Position numbers and translations under genes: made by a program. Shown here one piece after another: positions 15,849 through 25,042 of a stretch of 43,235 bases of DNA. The stretch's first letter is position 1. Each line of letters starts with the position of its first letter. Under the pieces are notes generated by a model that saw only the letters and a program-made list of their open reading frames with translations, was not told the origin of the DNA and did not search any database. The stretch spans positions 1 through 43,235 of the forward strand of contig JBAPRX010000684.1 in NCBI GenBank assembly GCA_049281335.1, given 5' to 3'. The stretch is from Candidatus Promineifilaceae bacterium. Its GTDB lineage: Bacteria > Chloroflexota > Anaerolineae > Promineifilales > Promineifilaceae.

Positions 15849-16382
15849 TTAGTCGCGCAACGAAACCGGTACTGTATACCCATCGGCGTTGTCGCCATTA
15901 AAGCGTTCGAGTAGGGTCTTCTGGACGTTGGGGGGAACCATGCTGCTAATGTCCCCCTGAAATGAGGCGATTTCCCGAATGATGGTACTGCTTAGAAAGC
16001 TGTGTTCCTCGCGGGTCATAAAACTGAGCATTTCGATGCCAGGTTTGAGGCGCTGGTTGGCAAGAGCCATCCGAAATTCAAATTCGAAGTCGGAAAAGAC
16101 GCGCAAACCACGAACGATCACTTTGGCACCAACCTGGTCGGCGAAATCTACCAGCAGCCCGCTAAACGGCCGAATCAGGATGTTCTTTGGCTTGTCGTCC
16201 AACGCCTCGTGAATCATGTTGACCCGTTCCTCGACGGAAAAGAGGACGGATTTTGAGGGACGGCCGTGATCAAAGACGCCAACAACGAGGGTGTCAAAGA
16301 TAGCTGCCGCCCGGTACATCAAATCCAGATGACCGTAATGAACCGGATCGAAGGTGCCGGGGTAAATTGCCCGAATATTCAA
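15849..16382 (-). CDS. coaD: Phosphopantetheine adenylyltransferase
   Basis: YPGTFDPVHYGHLD (HxGH nucleotidyltransferase motif) and SSTIIREI. TTG start after AGGAGGA. Confidence 0.93.
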   Translation of the reverse strand: MNIRAIYPGTFDPVHYGHLDLMYRAAAIFDTLVVGVFDHGRPSKSVLFSVEERVNMIHEALDDKPKNILIRPFSGLLVDFADQVGAKVIVRGLRVFSDFEFEFRMALANQRLKPGIEMLSFMTREEHSFLSSTIIREIASFQGDISSMVPPNVQKTLLERFNGDNADGYTVPVSLRD

Positions 16383-16405
16383 GATGTCCTCCTAGACCAA
16401 TGATT

Positions 16406-16485
16406 AGTGAACAGTGAAAAGTAAACAGTAGACGGTAAGTGGTTTTAGTTCCAGACTGTTCACTGTTGACTGTTAACCGTTCACT
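16406..16485. repeat. Two opposed arrays of tandem heptamers (AGTRAAC x5, then its reverse complement GTTNACT x4)
   Basis: Left array: agtgaac agtgaaa agtaaac agtagac ggtaagt (16406..16440). Spacer of 17 nt. Right array: gttcact gttgact gttaacc gttcact (16458..16485). The element lies between the recG stop and the coaD start. Confidence 0.65.
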
Positions 16486-16487
16486 GC

Positions 16488-18974
16488 CTAACTAATATCA
16501 GCGGCTTGTTCCCAGAATTGGGCGACCTTTTCGTGTAATTGGGCGTTTTCCGGCCGGTCCAACATGGGGTCAAGTTCAAATAAGGCCTGGGCTTCTTCTC
16601 TGGCAATCTCCAACATATTCATGTCCAGCAGAGAGGCCAGTTGAAGCTCCGGCAGGCCGCTTTGACGCTGGCCGAAGAATTCGCCAGGGCCGCGAATTTC
16701 CAGGTCTTTCTCGGCCAACATGAAACCATCGTTTGTTTTTTCAAGGGCGGAGAGCCGTTCTTCGGCGTCGCCGGTGACGCTCTCGGCCAGCAAGAGACAA
16801 TAGGATTGGTGTTCGCCTCGACCGACCCGGCCCCGGAACTGGTGTAGTTGGGCCAGACCGAAACGGTTGGCCCCTTCGATGACCATGACGGTGCTGTTTG
16901 GCACGTCAATGCCAACTTCAATGACCGAAGTTGAGACGAGAATGTCAATTTCGCCTGCGTAAAAGCTGCGCATAACGGCCTCTTTTTCGTCGGCTTTCAA
17001 TCGGCCGTGCAGCAGGCCGAGCTTCAGGTCGGGGAAGATCTCTTTCTGGAGCCGTTCATACTCGGCAACGGCCGCTTTGGCGTCTACCTTGTCTGATTCT
17101 TCAACCAAGGGACAGATAACGAAAGCCTGACGGCCGCTTTCAATCTGGCTTCGGACAAAGGAATAAGCGCGTTCGCGCTCACTCGGCCGCAGCCACCGAG
17201 TCTTAATCTCCTGACGTCCCGGCGGCATCTCATCCAAAATGGACAAATCCAGGTCGCCGTACATGGAGAGAGCCAGACTTCGAGGAATGGGGGTGGCGCT
17301 CATCACCAGGAGATGAGGGTTCGGTTCGGCCTGCCCGTTGCCATTGGAAGAAACAGCCCCCTTGTCGCGGAGCGCCTTTCGCTGCTCAACCCCAAAACGG
17401 TGCTGTTCATCAATGACGACCAGCCCCAAATTCTTGAAATTGACTTTGTCCTGAATCAAAGCCTGGGTTCCGATAACGACCTGGGCCGTGCCGTTGGTGA
17501 TTTCTTCGTAGAGGATGTTCCTTTCACTGGCAGCGGTGCTGCCGGTCAGGAGGGAGACACGGATGTCTAGCTGCTCCAGCAGGCTGCTCAAGCCTTGATA
17601 GTGCTGTTCGGCCAGGATTTCGGTGGGGGCCATGAGCGCGGCTTGCAGCCCGCCCTGAACGGCCGCGACCATTGCAGCGGCGGCGATGATGGTTTTGCCC
17701 GCGCCGACGTCGCCTTGTAACAGGCGGTTCATGGGGACATTGCGGGCCATATCGGTCAGAATCTCATCAATGACGCGCTTCTGAGCGCCGGTCAGGTCAA
17801 AGGACAGCATACTGGTAAAGGCGGCTAATGCCTCTTCGTTGTATGGTACCGGAATGCCGGGGGCGCTCTGCCAGTCGCGCCGCAGCCCTAACATGCCCAA
17901 CTGGAGCAGGAATAGTTCATCAAAGACAAGGCGTTGGCGGGCATGGTGCAGCGTCTCCTGACTGTCGGGAAAGTGTACTTGTTGTAAGGTGTAGGGCAGG
18001 GTGTAAAAGCCCCGACGCTGGCGAATGGAAACAGGCAGGGGGTCGGGTACTTTACCGACCCAATCGTTGACGGCCTGTTTCTGAATGTCGCGCATCTTGT
18101 GGCTGCTCAGGCCGTGTGTCAGGGGGTAAATAGGGACTATGCGCCGGGTTCGCAGCGGTTCTATTTCCACCGGCTCCCATTCGGGATTCTCGAAGATCGG
18201 CCGTCCCAGGTATTGATCTACACTGCCGCTCAGAACGACCTGCATCCCGGTTCTGAGCTTATCGGTCAGCCAGGGCTGGTTGAACCAGGTGGCCTGTATT
18301 TTTGCGGTTCCATCGCTGATAACTGCTTGAACGAGTTTGTGGTTGCGTGCCTGCCGCGCACGAACCTCCCAGATGGTTCCGATGACGGTTACGGTCTCGC
18401 CGTATTGAAGGCGGTTAATAGGCTTCATCAGAGAATAATCGTCGTAGCGGCGGGGGAAGATGTAAAGGAGATCCCAGACGGTTTCCGCACCCAACCGCTC
18501 CAGAGTTTTGGAGATTTTTGGGCCGACGCCATGCAGAATCGAAGTGGACTGCTGCAAGGCCTCAGGGTCCGGAGCAACGTCAAATTGTGGTTCTGGCTTG
18601 GCCTTGGTCGAGGGTGGAGGCGTCTTTTCAGACGGTCTGGCGGCCGTTCTTTTAGGTGATGATTGAGCAGGAGGAGCAGGAGCGGCCGTGTTGACAATAC
18701 TTCCGACCCGTTCTTCGCGTACATTCAGGCGCGACATCAAGGAATCAATGGCGTTTGCCCGCGCTTCCGTGCCGGGCAGTTTGCCATAATTCGCCAGGAC
18801 ATCCGCGATCTGTTCGATCAGACCCCTGTCTGCTTCATCTACTGCTTCTTCGCGGGCTTGACCGACCCAAAAGGCAGCGAACTGCCCAATGCCCCCGACG
18901 ACTGCTTTGTTTTGAAAACCCTGGTCAGCTTCTAGTTTTAAGACTCGTTTTAGTCTTTTGAATGCTTTTGACAT
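16488..18974 (-). CDS. recG: ATP-dependent DNA helicase RecG (with an N-terminal extension of about 140 aa)
   Basis: Wedge domain followed by SF2 helicase motifs GDVGAGKT, DEQHRFG, SATPIPR and QFRGRVGRG. 828 aa. Confidence 0.93.
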   Translation of the reverse strand: MSKAFKRLKRVLKLEADQGFQNKAVVGGIGQFAAFWVGQAREEAVDEADRGLIEQIADVLANYGKLPGTEARANAIDSLMSRLNVREERVGSIVNTAAPAPPAQSSPKRTAARPSEKTPPPSTKAKPEPQFDVAPDPEALQQSTSILHGVGPKISKTLERLGAETVWDLLYIFPRRYDDYSLMKPINRLQYGETVTVIGTIWEVRARQARNHKLVQAVISDGTAKIQATWFNQPWLTDKLRTGMQVVLSGSVDQYLGRPIFENPEWEPVEIEPLRTRRIVPIYPLTHGLSSHKMRDIQKQAVNDWVGKVPDPLPVSIRQRRGFYTLPYTLQQVHFPDSQETLHHARQRLVFDELFLLQLGMLGLRRDWQSAPGIPVPYNEEALAAFTSMLSFDLTGAQKRVIDEILTDMARNVPMNRLLQGDVGAGKTIIAAAAMVAAVQGGLQAALMAPTEILAEQHYQGLSSLLEQLDIRVSLLTGSTAASERNILYEEITNGTAQVVIGTQALIQDKVNFKNLGLVVIDEQHRFGVEQRKALRDKGAVSSNGNGQAEPNPHLLVMSATPIPRSLALSMYGDLDLSILDEMPPGRQEIKTRWLRPSERERAYSFVRSQIESGRQAFVICPLVEESDKVDAKAAVAEYERLQKEIFPDLKLGLLHGRLKADEKEAVMRSFYAGEIDILVSTSVIEVGIDVPNSTVMVIEGANRFGLAQLHQFRGRVGRGEHQSYCLLLAESVTGDAEERLSALEKTNDGFMLAEKDLEIRGPGEFFGQRQSGLPELQLASLLDMNMLEIAREEAQALFELDPMLDRPENAQLHEKVAQFWEQAADIS

Positions 18975-19092
18975 AGATTAATTTCTTCCATGATTCTAAA
19001 AAAGGACTTGCAACGAATTTCACGAATTATTATAGGCTAAAGATTCGTGTAACTTGTGTTCTTCGCTGCTATCGTGCCTGGTACTACTCAAG

Positions 19093-19935
19093 TCAGGCGG
19101 TGATGCAGGCAATGCCCAGGCCGCCAGGGCCAACGTGCGCCCCAATGGCCGGGGTGACTTCAACGGCCAGCAGCTCTTCACCGGATGGATATAGATGTTG
19201 AGTCTGCTGTCTGAACATCTCTAATTTATCAGTTGCATGGGTATGCAGCAGAGCAATGCTTTCTAATGTGCCTAACGCGGCCACGTACTGAAGCATTTGA
19301 GCCAATGCCCGCTTGCTGGTGCGGATTTTATCTCGCATCTCAACTTCCCCATTATATACGTGAACGAGCGGTTTAATTTGTAATAAGGTTCCAATTCCAA
19401 ATTCGGCCCAATTTACCCGACCGCTGCGGCGTAGGTACGTCAGAGTATCCAATTGGGCAAAGACGTGCGTACGGCCGCGTCGCTCTTCCAATATCTCAAT
19501 GATTTCGGCCGTTGATTTGCCTTCGGCAGCGGCTTTGGCGGCGGCCATTGCCAGCAGTCCCAGCCCCATCGAAATCTGCATGGAGTCGAACATGGTTACG
19601 GAAATGCGTTCTTTCACCATCTCTGCGCCAAGCCGAGCAGCATTGAGAACACCACTGAGGCTGGTTGCCACATGAATGGAGATGATCTCGGTCACCCCTG
19701 CTTCGGCCAGCTTTTTGTATGCCTCGGCGAAGGCACCGGTGGCAGGAGCGGCCGTTGTGGGTGGGGTTTGGTAGCTGGGTAGTTGCTCATAAAATTGTGT
19801 CCGGCTTAACTCTACCCCATCCAGGTAACTTTCGTCACCTATATTAATGTAAGCGGGGATAATAACAATGCCATATTGCTCGGCCGTTTCTGGAGGAATG
19901 TCACAGGTGCTGTCTGTTACGACACGAATGGTCAT
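19093..19935 (-). CDS. DegV family fatty-acid-binding protein
   Basis: MTIRVVTDSTCDIP ... typical DegV N-terminus and length (280 aa). Confidence 0.9.
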   Translation of the reverse strand: MTIRVVTDSTCDIPPETAEQYGIVIIPAYINIGDESYLDGVELSRTQFYEQLPSYQTPPTTAAPATGAFAEAYKKLAEAGVTEIISIHVATSLSGVLNAARLGAEMVKERISVTMFDSMQISMGLGLLAMAAAKAAAEGKSTAEIIEILEERRGRTHVFAQLDTLTYLRRSGRVNWAEFGIGTLLQIKPLVHVYNGEVEMRDKIRTSKRALAQMLQYVAALGTLESIALLHTHATDKLEMFRQQTQHLYPSGEELLAVEVTPAIGAHVGPGGLGIACITA

Positions 19936-19939
19936 GTTC

Positions 19940-21634
19940 TCATTCAGCCCCTAGAATGTAATGATAAATGGCCTGACCGCCGAACAGTACCTCGACTTCC
20001 AGGTCTGGATAGAGGGATCCTATTTGTTCTGCCAGGTTTTCGGCGGCCGTCTGGTCAACATCGGCTCCGTAATAAATGGAAAGCAGTTCCCGATCATCCA
20101 TGGACATGGCTTCCAAGACCAGGGGAAGAACACCGTCAATCTCCTGTCCAGAGGCACATAAACGGCCGTCGGCAATACCAATGTATTCACCCTCATGCAC
20201 AGCGACGCCATTCAAATCAACGGAGCGGGTCGCCAGCGTGATCTCGCCGCTGGTGACGTGGCCGCAAGCGACTTTCATTGATTCCGACACGTCTTCCAAC
20301 GAGCCATTGGGATTCAGAGAAAGGAGGGCGCTGACTCCCTGCGGGAATGTGCGAGATGGGATGACAACGACCTCTTTAGTGCTTAGATCTCTGGCTGCTT
20401 CGGCAGCCAGGATGATATTCTTGTTGTTGGGCAAGATGACGACTTTATTGGTCGGCACGTCTTGAACGGCTTCAAATATCTCTTCGGTGCTGGGGTTGTT
20501 GCTCTGCCCGCCATTGACGATTCCGGCAGCGCCGAGGCTGCGGAAGATGTCGGCCAGCCCTTTCCCGGCGGCGACGGCAACGACGCCAACCTGCCCCGGT
20601 TCAAGGGAAACAACGGGCATGCCCAATTGGGACGGTTCCTCATTAACTGCCGTCGTGCCGCCCTGGCTGATAATCTCTTCCATCTGGAGCTGCATATTTT
20701 CAACCACGACGTCGGTAATACGGCCGAGGCGAATACCATAGCTGATCGGTTCTCCGGGGTCTTTAACGTGAACGTGGACTTTGATCATCTTTTCGTCGCC
20801 AACGATAACAGTGGAGTCGCCCATTGCGTCAATATCGGTCCGAACTTTCAAGACATCCATATCATCACCCAGCAGAATGAATTGAACGTCATAGGGATTT
20901 TCTATCCCTTCTTCGGGAGCAGCTTTGGCCTGGGCGGGGAGGTCATCTTCGATAACAAGCTGAGATTCCAGCACTTTCCCATAAACACGGTGGAGCATTC
21001 CTTCCAATAGGTAGACCAGTCCTTGCCCCCCGGCGTCCACAACACCGGCCTGTTTCAGGACCGGCAGCATTTCCGGGGTCTGGGCCAGAACTTGCTGGCA
21101 CCGTTCCAAGACCCGCTCCAACACAAAGCGCAGGTCGTTGCTCTTACCAACGGCATTTCCAGCCTCTTCGGCCGCTTCCCGAATAACGGTCAGGATGGTT
21201 CCTTCAACGGGGCGCATGACCCCTTTGTAAGCTGTGTCGGAGGCTTCCTGAAAGGCCGCAGCCAGGTCGTTAGCATCAAACTGCTGTTTGTCTTTCAAGG
21301 AGGCAGCCAGACCTCGCAATATCTGGCTTAAGATAACGCCTGAATTACCACGCGCCCCCATGAGCGCACCTTGAGAGATTTCCTGGGCAACACGGCCGAC
21401 ATGGGTATCTTCGTTGTTCCGAATACGCTTGTATGCCGCCCGCATGGTGAGCAGCATATTGGTTCCTGTATCACCATCAGGCACGGGGAAAACATTCAGA
21501 GCATTGACCTTTGGGTGGTTGTTCTCCAAGCTGTTTAACCCGGCTAATGCCAGTTTTTTCAATTGTCGGCCGTTACAGGTCAGCCACTTTTCTCCTGTCC
21601 TCATCACTGGCTCCGCCGGATGATTCCTCGTCAC
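19940..21634 (-). CDS. DAK2-domain fusion protein (YloV family)
   Basis: An N-terminal Dak2/DhaL-like domain (VFPVPDGDTGTNM) is followed by a C-terminal DegV-like/YloV domain. 564 aa. GTG start after AGGAGGA. It follows an Asp23 gene, as in the yloU-yloV arrangement. Confidence 0.88.
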   Translation of the reverse strand: MTRNHPAEPVMRTGEKWLTCNGRQLKKLALAGLNSLENNHPKVNALNVFPVPDGDTGTNMLLTMRAAYKRIRNNEDTHVGRVAQEISQGALMGARGNSGVILSQILRGLAASLKDKQQFDANDLAAAFQEASDTAYKGVMRPVEGTILTVIREAAEEAGNAVGKSNDLRFVLERVLERCQQVLAQTPEMLPVLKQAGVVDAGGQGLVYLLEGMLHRVYGKVLESQLVIEDDLPAQAKAAPEEGIENPYDVQFILLGDDMDVLKVRTDIDAMGDSTVIVGDEKMIKVHVHVKDPGEPISYGIRLGRITDVVVENMQLQMEEIISQGGTTAVNEEPSQLGMPVVSLEPGQVGVVAVAAGKGLADIFRSLGAAGIVNGGQSNNPSTEEIFEAVQDVPTNKVVILPNNKNIILAAEAARDLSTKEVVVIPSRTFPQGVSALLSLNPNGSLEDVSESMKVACGHVTSGEITLATRSVDLNGVAVHEGEYIGIADGRLCASGQEIDGVLPLVLEAMSMDDRELLSIYYGADVDQTAAENLAEQIGSLYPDLEVEVLFGGQAIYHYILGAE

Positions 21635-21661
21635 ATTCTTCCTCCTGACCAGGGGGTGGTT

Positions 21662-22021
21662 TTACATATTAAGGTTGCTGAGTCTTAGGCCATGAATGTA
21701 GACATTCACCGCTTTTACCGGAAAACCCATCGCCTTTTCCACGTGAAATTTAACTGTGTTCTGTATGCTTTCAGCGACTATTCGAATTCGTGTACCATAT
21801 TCGACAATGACGTAAACGTCAATCACAATACCGTCTTCTTCCACTGTTACCTCGATTCCCCGACGGCTGTCGCGGGAGAGAAGGTTGGCAATGCCGTTGA
21901 CTAGATTTTTATTTGCCATTCCGACGACACCGTAGCATTGGTTGACGGCCTGATTGGCAATTGTTGATATTGCCGCTTTGGAAATGTCAATATTTCCAAC
22001 ATTCTGGTCTTCTTGGGACAT
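21662..22021 (-). CDS. Asp23/Gls24 family protein (YloU-like)
   Basis: ISKAAISTIANQAVNQCYGVVGM ... VNVYIHGL. 119 aa, divergent from rpmB. Confidence 0.85.
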   Translation of the reverse strand: MSQEDQNVGNIDISKAAISTIANQAVNQCYGVVGMANKNLVNGIANLLSRDSRRGIEVTVEEDGIVIDVYVIVEYGTRIRIVAESIQNTVKFHVEKAMGFPVKAVNVYIHGLRLSNLNM

Positions 22022-22055
22022 TCATTTCTCCTTGCTCTGGTACAATTTCTTGTCC

Positions 22056-22084
22056 TTGCAAAAAATGACCGACCTCTTTATAAT
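22056..22084 (+). promoter_or_regulatory. Candidate rpmB promoter
   Basis: TTGCAA (22056..22061), a 17-nt spacer, then TATAAT (22079..22084). Confidence 0.55.
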
Positions 22085-22110
22085 ATCTCAACTTGTTCTT
22101 TTTGAAATGG

Positions 22111-22140
22111 AGCGACCATCCTTATGGTCGCTTTTAATTT
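22111..22140 (+). terminator. Terminator-like hairpin within the rpmB 5' leader (possible attenuator or L28 leader structure)
   Basis: AGCGACCAT-cctt-ATGGTCGCT (9-bp stem) followed by TTTAATTT. It lies about 20 nt downstream of the predicted start site and 8 nt upstream of the GAGGTG Shine-Dalgarno. Confidence 0.45.
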
Positions 22141-22159
22141 GTCAGGTTGAGGTGAAATT

Positions 22160-22345
22160 ATGGCTAAATGCGAAATATGTGGCAAGGGGCCACAATTCGG
22201 GCATAACGTCAGCTTCTCGATGAAGCATACAAATCGTCAGTTCAAGCCAAATATTCAGAGAGCGACATTTTTTGAAAACGGCCGAAAGGTTCGTAAATAT
22301 GTCTGCACTCGGTGCTTGAAAACATATAGCAAAGCTGCTATCTAA
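22160..22345 (+). CDS. rpmB: 50S ribosomal protein L28
   Basis: MAKCEICGKGPQFGHNVSFSMKHTNRQFKPNIQ ... CTRCLK. 61 aa. Confidence 0.93.
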   Translation: MAKCEICGKGPQFGHNVSFSMKHTNRQFKPNIQRATFFENGRKVRKYVCTRCLKTYSKAAI

Positions 22346-22356
22346 AAGGGTTGATG

Positions 22357-22383
22357 GCTCACCTGCGGTGAGCTTTGTTGATT
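22357..22383 (+). terminator. rpmB terminator
   Basis: GCTCACC-tgc-GGTGAGC followed by TTTGTTGATT. Confidence 0.6.
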
Positions 22384-22437
22384 AAAAAATCAACTTGATA
22401 AACTCAATCAACCAAATAAACCCGTTTTTGTACATTG

Positions 22438-22459
22438 CCGGCCGCAAGGCCGGTTTTTT
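22438..22459 (+). terminator. Second hairpin plus T6 in the convergent gap with mvk
   Basis: CCGGCC-gcaa-GGCCGG followed by TTTTTT. The T-tract abuts the mvk stop codon (22459..22461). Confidence 0.5.
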
Positions 22460-23406
22460 CATGTTAAGCTGCTGCTAAACACTTGTTTGGCTCCGGCGGC
22501 AAGACAAGCCTGACGCACAATACGCTCGTTGTCCTCCGTCACCAGGGCAATGATATTACCACCCCGCCCCGCACCGCTCATTTTCGCACCCAACGCTCCG
22601 GCTAATTCGGCCGCACCGACCAATTTATCCAGTTCGGGGGAGGAGACGGCCATTTCACGCAGGTAGGTGTGGTTTTCGTACATCAGATCGCCGAGCGTTT
22701 CAATCTTTCCCGTCACAATTGCCTGACGGGCCGATTCGGCAATCTGGCCGCATTTGTCGAACAATAACTCAAATCGGGCGCGGTCTGCCTCCCACATACG
22801 GCGGACATCGCCTACTACCTCTCTGGTGGAACTGGTGAAACCGGTGTCGGCAATGAGGAATCGCAACGGCCGAGCCACGATAAAGGTTTCCATCACGTTT
22901 GACGGCTCTCGTCTGATAAAGTAAAGGGGCATTTCGTAGCTAACGACGGTGTTATCAATGCCGCTGGGTGTTCCGTGCAGCAGCTTTTCAACCTCATAGG
23001 TCTGGTTGGAAACCCATTCGTCGGTCGCCAGATAGTCAATGCCCAGGTGGTTTGCCAGGGCGCGAATAACGGCCGAAGCCATTGCCGCCCCGCTCCCTAA
23101 ACCGCTGGCAATGGGAATGGCACTGCGAACGGTGATGATAAGATCGGGCATACGAAAGGTTCCGGCAGCGGCGATGACAAGGTGTATGGCTCTGGCAAAT
23201 GGATCGTTTTCGGCCGCTTCCTGCAAATCATAGGAACGACCCAGGTCGGGAGCCTGGAGGATGACACCAGGCACGGGGCTGTCTTCTACGACGGCCCTGG
23301 CTCGCACTTCAGATACCGGTGCAGCAATGGCGGGACGGCCGTATACCACCGCATGTTCTCCAAAAAGGATTACTTTTCCTGGAGCCGAGGCTTCGGTTGT
23401 TTTCAT
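22459..23406 (-). CDS. mvk: Mevalonate kinase (GHMP family)
   Basis: APGKVILFGEHAVVYG (motif I), IPIASGLGSGAAMASA (motif II) and KMSGAGRGGNIIAL (motif III). The ATG at 23406 after GAGGTG is preferred over the track start at 23427. Confidence 0.8.
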   Translation of the reverse strand: MKTTEASAPGKVILFGEHAVVYGRPAIAAPVSEVRARAVVEDSPVPGVILQAPDLGRSYDLQEAAENDPFARAIHLVIAAAGTFRMPDLIITVRSAIPIASGLGSGAAMASAVIRALANHLGIDYLATDEWVSNQTYEVEKLLHGTPSGIDNTVVSYEMPLYFIRREPSNVMETFIVARPLRFLIADTGFTSSTREVVGDVRRMWEADRARFELLFDKCGQIAESARQAIVTGKIETLGDLMYENHTYLREMAVSSPELDKLVGAAELAGALGAKMSGAGRGGNIIALVTEDNERIVRQACLAAGAKQVFSSSLT

Positions 23407-23413
23407 ATCCACC

Positions 23414-24286
23414 TCACGAGAATACATATAGGGCCAGAAAGGTCACAGTTCCCCACAAAACCAATGTCACCTGAAGCGGCCGATCTCGCAGCAAAATCTC
23501 CTCCGGTGCACCCCCCTCGTGGCGAATGTGGATAAGATACAATAGCCTGAAGAGAGTGTAAACCGCGAACGGAATCGTCAGCATCATCAGGTGGTTGGGA
23601 GGCAACCCTTCTGACAGAAACGTATAAAGGCTATAGGAAACGAGACAACTGGTGGAAACGATACCCATGAGCCGGTCAATTAGATCAAGGTTATATTCCT
23701 GAAGAATGGCCCGATGGTTGCCTGCCCCCGATCCCAGCAGAACCAGTTCGTGACGGCGCTTGCCAAGCACCAAAAAGAGAGCAAGAAAGCCAGTACAGAC
23801 GTACAACCAGGGGGAGAATCGTTCGACCTGGATAACGGCAACGCCAGCACCTACCCGCAAAATAAAACCGGTGGCTACAGCGCTAACATCGAGCAAAACC
23901 ATATGTTTCAACTGCCAGGTATAGGCGATTTGCAATAAGAAGTATCCCAATAATACCAGGCCGTAGACCCGCGAGAGGGCAAAGCCTGCCACCAAACCGA
24001 TGACGACCAGCAAAACGAGGGCAACCCTGGCTACATTAGGACTCAACTGGCCGGATGGCAGCGGGCGATTACGTTTGATCGGATGCTCTCGATCAGTCTC
24101 GATGTCGGCCAGGTCGTTCATAATATAAACGGCGCTGGAGATAAAACAGAGGAAGACAAAGGCCAGAAACGCCCGTAAGATGCTGGTTGGTTCCATTACC
24201 TGACGGTCAAAAAATAAGGCAGCAAAGACAAATCCATTTTTGGGCCATTGTCTCGGCCGCATTGTTCTCAGCAGACTCGAAATCAA
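23414..24286 (-). CDS. UbiA-family prenyltransferase, decaprenyl-phosphate phosphoribosyltransferase-like
   Basis: MRPRQWPKNGFVF near the N-terminus and MNDLADIETDREHPIKRNRPLPSGQLS (NDxxDxxxD). It has about 8-9 TM segments. TTG start after GGGAGA, with an alternative ATG at 24262. Confidence 0.8.
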   Translation of the reverse strand: MISSLLRTMRPRQWPKNGFVFAALFFDRQVMEPTSILRAFLAFVFLCFISSAVYIMNDLADIETDREHPIKRNRPLPSGQLSPNVARVALVLLVVIGLVAGFALSRVYGLVLLGYFLLQIAYTWQLKHMVLLDVSAVATGFILRVGAGVAVIQVERFSPWLYVCTGFLALFLVLGKRRHELVLLGSGAGNHRAILQEYNLDLIDRLMGIVSTSCLVSYSLYTFLSEGLPPNHLMMLTIPFAVYTLFRLLYLIHIRHEGGAPEEILLRDRPLQVTLVLWGTVTFLALYVFS

Positions 24287-24491
24287 AAGGTAAATCTCCC
24301 TGGGCAGAATTCAACAATCAGCGGGAGAATTATACCTGGAGAAGCTGGTATTTACGATTTCTTTGCGGCCGACCTATTGATAATTAACATAAATCTATGC
24401 TATATTATGGTAACTTCTACTCTGGTAAGTCGCAGCCGGATTGGTGTAGAAAGCTATTTCACTTAATCCTGTTAGGAGGGATGTAATAAGT

Positions 24492-24929
24492 ATGAACAGT
24501 TCAATTGCTAAAAAATTCAAGTTACGCTTTATTCTTCTGCCGCTGGTTATCATTCTCCTGCTGGTTGTATTTGTACCGGGAGCACAGGCAAGTGGTGAGG
24601 CTAATAATGGCTATTACCATGTTGTTCAATATGGCGAGACGCTCTCTCAGATTGCCTATAATTATGGAACAACGGTTTATGCTATCGCCTATGCCAACGG
24701 TATCGTGAATCCTAATTGGATTTATGCTGGCATGGTTCTTTATGTTCCCTACGGCTATGACTATGGCTATGGCTATGGTTACTGTCGCTTTTACCACACA
24801 GTCGGGTATGGGGATACATTAACCAAGTTAGGAGCCTGGTATGGCACCTCGCCCTGGGCCATTGCCTCGGCTAATAACATTTACAATTTGAATCTGATCT
24901 ACAGTGGGCAAGTATTGTGTATACCCTAA
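24492..24929 (+). CDS. Secreted protein with two LysM domains
   Basis: Signal peptide, then two LysM repeats (YHVVQYGETLSQIAYNYGTTVYAIAYANGI... and YHTVGYGDTLTKLGAWYGTSPWAIASANNI...) joined by YGYDYGYGYGY. AGGAGGG lies before the ATG. Confidence 0.9.
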   Translation: MNSSIAKKFKLRFILLPLVIILLLVVFVPGAQASGEANNGYYHVVQYGETLSQIAYNYGTTVYAIAYANGIVNPNWIYAGMVLYVPYGYDYGYGYGYCRFYHTVGYGDTLTKLGAWYGTSPWAIASANNIYNLNLIYSGQVLCIP

Positions 24930-25042
24930 AAGGTTGTTGTTCTTAGCTTTCCTTTTTCATGCAGAGGAAAGGCCCTACATTGCGACATCTTTTGCGGGGC
25001 TAACGGGAAAGCGAGGAATAACCTGAAGATGAAAGGTAAATG

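Noticed and set aside
10231-16485. Short tandem repeats (octamers at 10231, heptamers at 16406) considered as CRISPR arrays
   Set aside because: The units are 7-8 nt with no unique spacers and there are no cas genes, so they are not CRISPR.
24930-25042. Small ORFs (14-18 aa) between the LysM stop and its terminator
   Set aside because: They have weak or mis-spaced Shine-Dalgarno sites and one runs through the terminator stem. Nothing supports them.
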